Assembly (NCBI GenBank): GCA_002794465.1
Contig: MTSL01000153.1
Span: 12,163 to 22,046, forward strand
Source of the DNA: Paramicrosporidium saccamoebae KSL3
Taxonomy: Eukaryota; Fungi; Cryptomycota
Direction: 5' to 3'
DNA length: 9,884 nucleotides
Shown here: piece after piece, positions 6,422 through 9,884 of the stretch
Layout of the letters: the number at the start of each line of letters is the position of its first letter
How positions within the stretch are numbered: the stretch's first letter is position 1
The notes under the pieces: generated by a model
What the model was told of the DNA's origin: nothing
The model's database searches: none
What the model saw: only the letters and a program-made list of their open reading frames with translations
Made by a program: the position numbers and the translations under genes

Positions 6422-8988
6422 TTATAGGGATAGTAAACGTTTAACACTATTGGGGGCAGACGCAAGATTGTTATTCCTCTGTAAATGGTCCAATGCAGTC
6501 TGTGCTTCTTCTTCGGTAAAGGCAGTGCCTTCTAAATCAGCCAACAGAACCTTTGCCATATCCACAACCCGTGGCGGAAACTTTGCCATGGCTGCACACT
6601 GTACTCCATAGCTCTGATCACAGCAGCCAGATGAAATTCGATATGTCATTACCAGACCTTCCTCACTCATTACAGCACCGGCATTCAGGTTAACAACATG
6701 TTTTGTAGTTTTGGGCAGTGCAGTGAGTTCGTGGAAATGAGTGGCAAAGAACGTGTAACAGCCCCGTTCAGCTAATACACGCGAAACGGCCCACGCCAGT
6801 CCTAATCCTTCTGATGTCGAAGTACCACGGCCCAATTCGTCGATAATGACCAACGAGTTGACGGTGGCTGTTCGTAAGATGGAACACGTCTCCAACATTT
6901 CCATCATAAAGGTTGAAATTCCACGGAGTATCGAGTCACCCGCCCCCACTCGCACCAAGATCGCATCAAAGATGGGCATTGTTGCCGTCTCACATGGCAC
7001 AAAAGATCCCATTTGGGCCATCAGTGCAATCATTGCCGATTGGCGAATAAAGGTGGATTTCCCTCCCATATTGGGTCCCGTGATCAGCTGCATGGAAGTG
7101 GTCCTGGTAAAATGCACATTATTGGGAATGAACATGCATGAAGTCTCCACACACGGATGTCGTGCTCCCGTCAGAATCATCTCTGATCCCGAATCCATTA
7201 TCGATGGACGCACAAACGCAATTGGTGACATTAGCGCAGCATAGGCAAGCGATTGAAACACGTCAACTCGTGCAATTGTCTGATTCAGTTCGTCAAAGAG
7301 GCGGCGGTAGCTCTTAGCCACCTTGATCATTTCCAGCACCAGGGTCTGCTGGGTGGAAGAGTATTGCTTTCCGAGATCATCATACTGCAGACTAAGGTCT
7401 CGCAGGGCAGAGGAGACGAAATAGAGACCGCTCTTGAGAGCTGCCAGCTCTTGGAAATCGTCCCGACCAGAGATCACAGCGCTATCCAGACGAGAAATGC
7501 GGAAAAAGTAGCCATAAACGGCATTTCGTTCCAATTTCAACTTTTTCCCCTTTTCCAGCCTCAATACCCGGGCAACTCGATCATACTCAGTCTCAATTTG
7601 ATCCAAAATGTCCTCTTTCTGCGTGTGAATCCCTGCCAGAGAAGTGTCAAAGTCTGCACGAACAAGATATTCGTGGCGATTCAAGGCCTCAAAATCAACC
7701 GTGTTTTCAATCAGCTCTGCATATTTGGTCAAGTTGAAGGAGAGATTTCTCAACGGCTTCAAAAGTAGCGCCTCCAGGGCATCTGATGGGGGGAGGGTAG
7801 CGAGCTGTTCGTGGATCGGGGAAATCTTTCCAATCGCAAAATACAAAATCACCAAATCCTATCACATCATAAAATGACAATATCGACTACCTGCAGGTTT
7901 GCTTTACTCTTGATCAGTTTTCGACCCACACGTCCAATGTCGGGGATGCCACGAAGCACCGTCTCTCGGAGCGTCTGTCTCTGAACCGACTCTGTGACGA
8001 GCGCATCAACCACGTCCAATCGCTGGTTAATCAGTTCCTTGCTCAGGAGCGGCTGTCTAATCCATTGCGCCAACAGTCGACTACCCTGTCTCGTCTTGCA
8101 ATGATCTAGAACGCCAAACAAGGACGCCTCCTTCCCTCCAATGACACTGGGGAAAATGTTGAGCGTCTTCAGGGCCGTCTCGTCTAGCCGCATATACTGC
8201 GACAAGTTGAGCACTTTCAATGTGAATATCCCCAAATTATCATCAGATCCTAAAAGACCAAGGTATACAATTAGTCCATTAATAGCCGCCTGTGCTTCGA
8301 TGGGAATCTCTTCCGCAGCCACAGCTGCTCCAGCCAGCAGTCTTTGTAGGTCTGACAGGGTCGATTCTGTATCAAATTCCCGAGAGGCCAAGGGCGTCCC
8401 AATGCAGGACCCATCAAATAGATTGGCAGTGTCAGTGTCCATGGGGTATATACACTCTTTCACATCGAGCTGCACCAAGGCAGCCTCAGCATTACAAAGC
8501 AGCTCGGAGTCCACAAATGCCGTCCAACCTATCACAAACCGCGTCAAATCCACCGTCGCCAATCCAATACGGTCTCCGCGCACCACCAATGCTGCAACAA
8601 CTGCCGATGGGATTTCGGCATCCTCGGGAAGCAGTGATTCGAGCTGCTCGTAATTACCTGGCGAGCCACGTTTTGCAATTTTCCAGCTCTTCCGAGTGGT
8701 ATTAAAGGACCACACCTCGACACGATGCTCACGGAGCAGCTCTTTCACAGCCGTAGCAAATTGCACTGGTGGCAGTTGCAAAAAGGCCATGTCTCCAACC
8801 GTCCCTATCGAAGATTGCTTATATAGTATTCCCGCCACGATTATTGCATCATCACCATACACTTCGTATCCTTCGCGTTCAAAAAACCGAACCAGCTTTT
8901 CTTCCTTTGGAAGCTGCTCCAATAACTTGACAATCTCCATCGACCCGCTCTTACCGGCACCAGAACCCGTCTTTTGATACTGAAGCAT
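6422..8988 (-). CDS. MSH2: DNA mismatch repair protein MSH2 (MutS homolog 2), join(complement 7891..8988, 6422..7858); 844 aa from ATG 8988 or 828 aa from ATG 8940
   Basis: MSH2-type N-terminus (VRFFEREGYEVYGDDA), YMRLDETALKTLNIFP, LFGVLDHCKTRQGSRLLAQWIRQPL, and the junction KANLQ|DLVILY. ATPase motifs: TGPNMGGKSTFIRQ (Walker A), IIDELGRGTST (Walker B), FATHFHEL and SYGVQCA. The two ORFs are joined by a phase-0 intron. Confidence 0.97.
7859..7890 (-). other. 32-nt spliceosomal intron in MSH2 (phase 0)
   Basis: Minus strand reads CAG|GTAGTCGATATTGTCATTTTATGATGTGATAG|GAT. Removal gives NLQ-DLVILY, matching the MSH2 NLQD-x-x-x-LY segment. The intron contains the stop that ends ORF 7867..8988. 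Confidence 0.92.
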
Positions 8989-9304
8989 TGCCGCGTCAAG
9001 TAAGAAAAATTGCTATTTATTATCCTGCTCAAAGTTATAATTTTCAGTCCAGAAATCACTGGGTCATGGCAAGGAATGAAAGATGCTATTAGAACGATGC
9101 GATTTATAGAGTAATTACACCCATTAAACGGTACCAAAGATCCAATGCTGGCGTTGCAACGAGCTGGAGTATTACGGTCGTTGTCGGCCACCTCACCCGT
9201 CCCGATATTAGCCACTAATTACCTTAATCAGTCTGCAAAATTATGTCGCTAATAAGCGGTGCGGATATGTGTGTCTCAAAAAGTCTAATTTTTATCTATA
9301 ATTT

Positions 9305-9884
9305 TTATGCTGTGAATAACTCTGGGAACAATTGTACCATTTTCAGAGACAGCTCGGGACCTTCAGGAGACTGGTCCATCCGAACGGTAGCGCCGGGATT
9401 GCTGTTTCGGAGTGCAGTTGCAAAGAGTGCCAACTCGCAAATCATATCAGAGAGACCTTCCGGATCAGAGTCTTCGGCAAAAGGTAATTCGTTAATGTCA
9501 TAGACGGCACACTGTGTCTGTTTGACAATGCTCGTGATGCGCTCGAGAATGTCCTGCGGTTCTTCTTCAATCAGCCTAGTCGTAATCACGTGACAAGTAG
9601 GTTGAGACCCGGACAGTTGGAATTTGCTAACCGTTGCGTCGTTCATCCCAGGAGGAGAGTTTCCCATATCTACTGTGAGGTCTGGTGATACTCGCTTATG
9701 GCAACGCCATACGATTCTTTCTCTAAAGAGGGCCAGAATGGGTCGGAATTGGGTAGCCGTGATTGAGCCCACTTTCACAATGTTTGGCGGCATAATTGGG
9801 GCTTTAAATTTGGGTTCAATGACGCTGACAGCGTCCCAAATCCCCTCGATTTCAGGCAAATCTGTCAATTCCCAAAAGTTTGGA
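9305..9884 (-). CDS. Hypothetical protein, 5'-truncated by the window edge (C-terminal ~193 aa)
   Basis: The frame is open from the window edge (...PNFWELTDLPEIEG...) to the TAA at 9305-9307. The TTG start in the ORF track is not required. Composition is protein-like and an AT-rich 3' flank follows. I recognise no domain. Confidence 0.7.
   Translation of the reverse strand, partial: PNFWELTDLPEIEGIWDAVSVIEPKFKAPIMPPNIVKVGSITATQFRPILALFRERIVWRCHKRVSPDLTVDMGNSPPGMNDATVSKFQLSGSQPTCHVITTRLIEEEPQDILERITSIVKQTQCAVYDINELPFAEDSDPEGLSDMICELALFATALRNSNPGATVRMDQSPEGPELSLKMVQLFPELFTA

Noticed and set aside
6846-8977. Plus-strand ORFs antisense to MSH2 (6846..7244, 7253..7768, 7644..7877, 8141..8653, 8292..8705, 8696..8977)
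   Set aside because: They are shadow ORFs of MSH2 with no recognisable features.
9130-9200. tRNA-Ser/Leu-like start GGTGAGGTGGCCGA on the minus strand, and palindrome CGTTGCAACG (9152-9161)
   Set aside because: There is no T-arm GTTCRA, no cloverleaf and no matching acceptor stem. A single 10-bp palindrome in about 10 kb is not unusual enough without conservation data.

Overview
This window is gene-dense eukaryotic DNA in the standard genetic code with very small spliceosomal introns. It most resembles a reduced opisthokont or fungal relative such as Rozellomycota or an early-diverging microsporidian (inference, not a database match). Right half, all on the minus strand: the 3' part of an unknown gene at the right edge (9305..9884), MSH2 (two exons, 32-nt intron) and an intronless cytosolic-type histidyl-tRNA synthetase. 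A 9-bp minisatellite between MSH2 and HisRS drifts in sequence along its length and ends in a C1-3A/G4-type tract. Left half, plus strand: a tandem array of three paralogs of an unrecognised ~305-aa protein (A 726..1671, B 2138..3086, C 3372..4323). The ORF track splits each paralog in two, but each is one gene joined by a 31-nt phase-2 intron at the same position. Copy A has three in-frame stops and no frameshift. The paralogs have a divergent acidic N-terminus and a conserved C-terminus, show patchwork near-identical tracts suggesting gene conversion, and share non-coding blocks upstream and a hairpin downstream. All four introns end in the same geometry, TNAT-N4-TAG.
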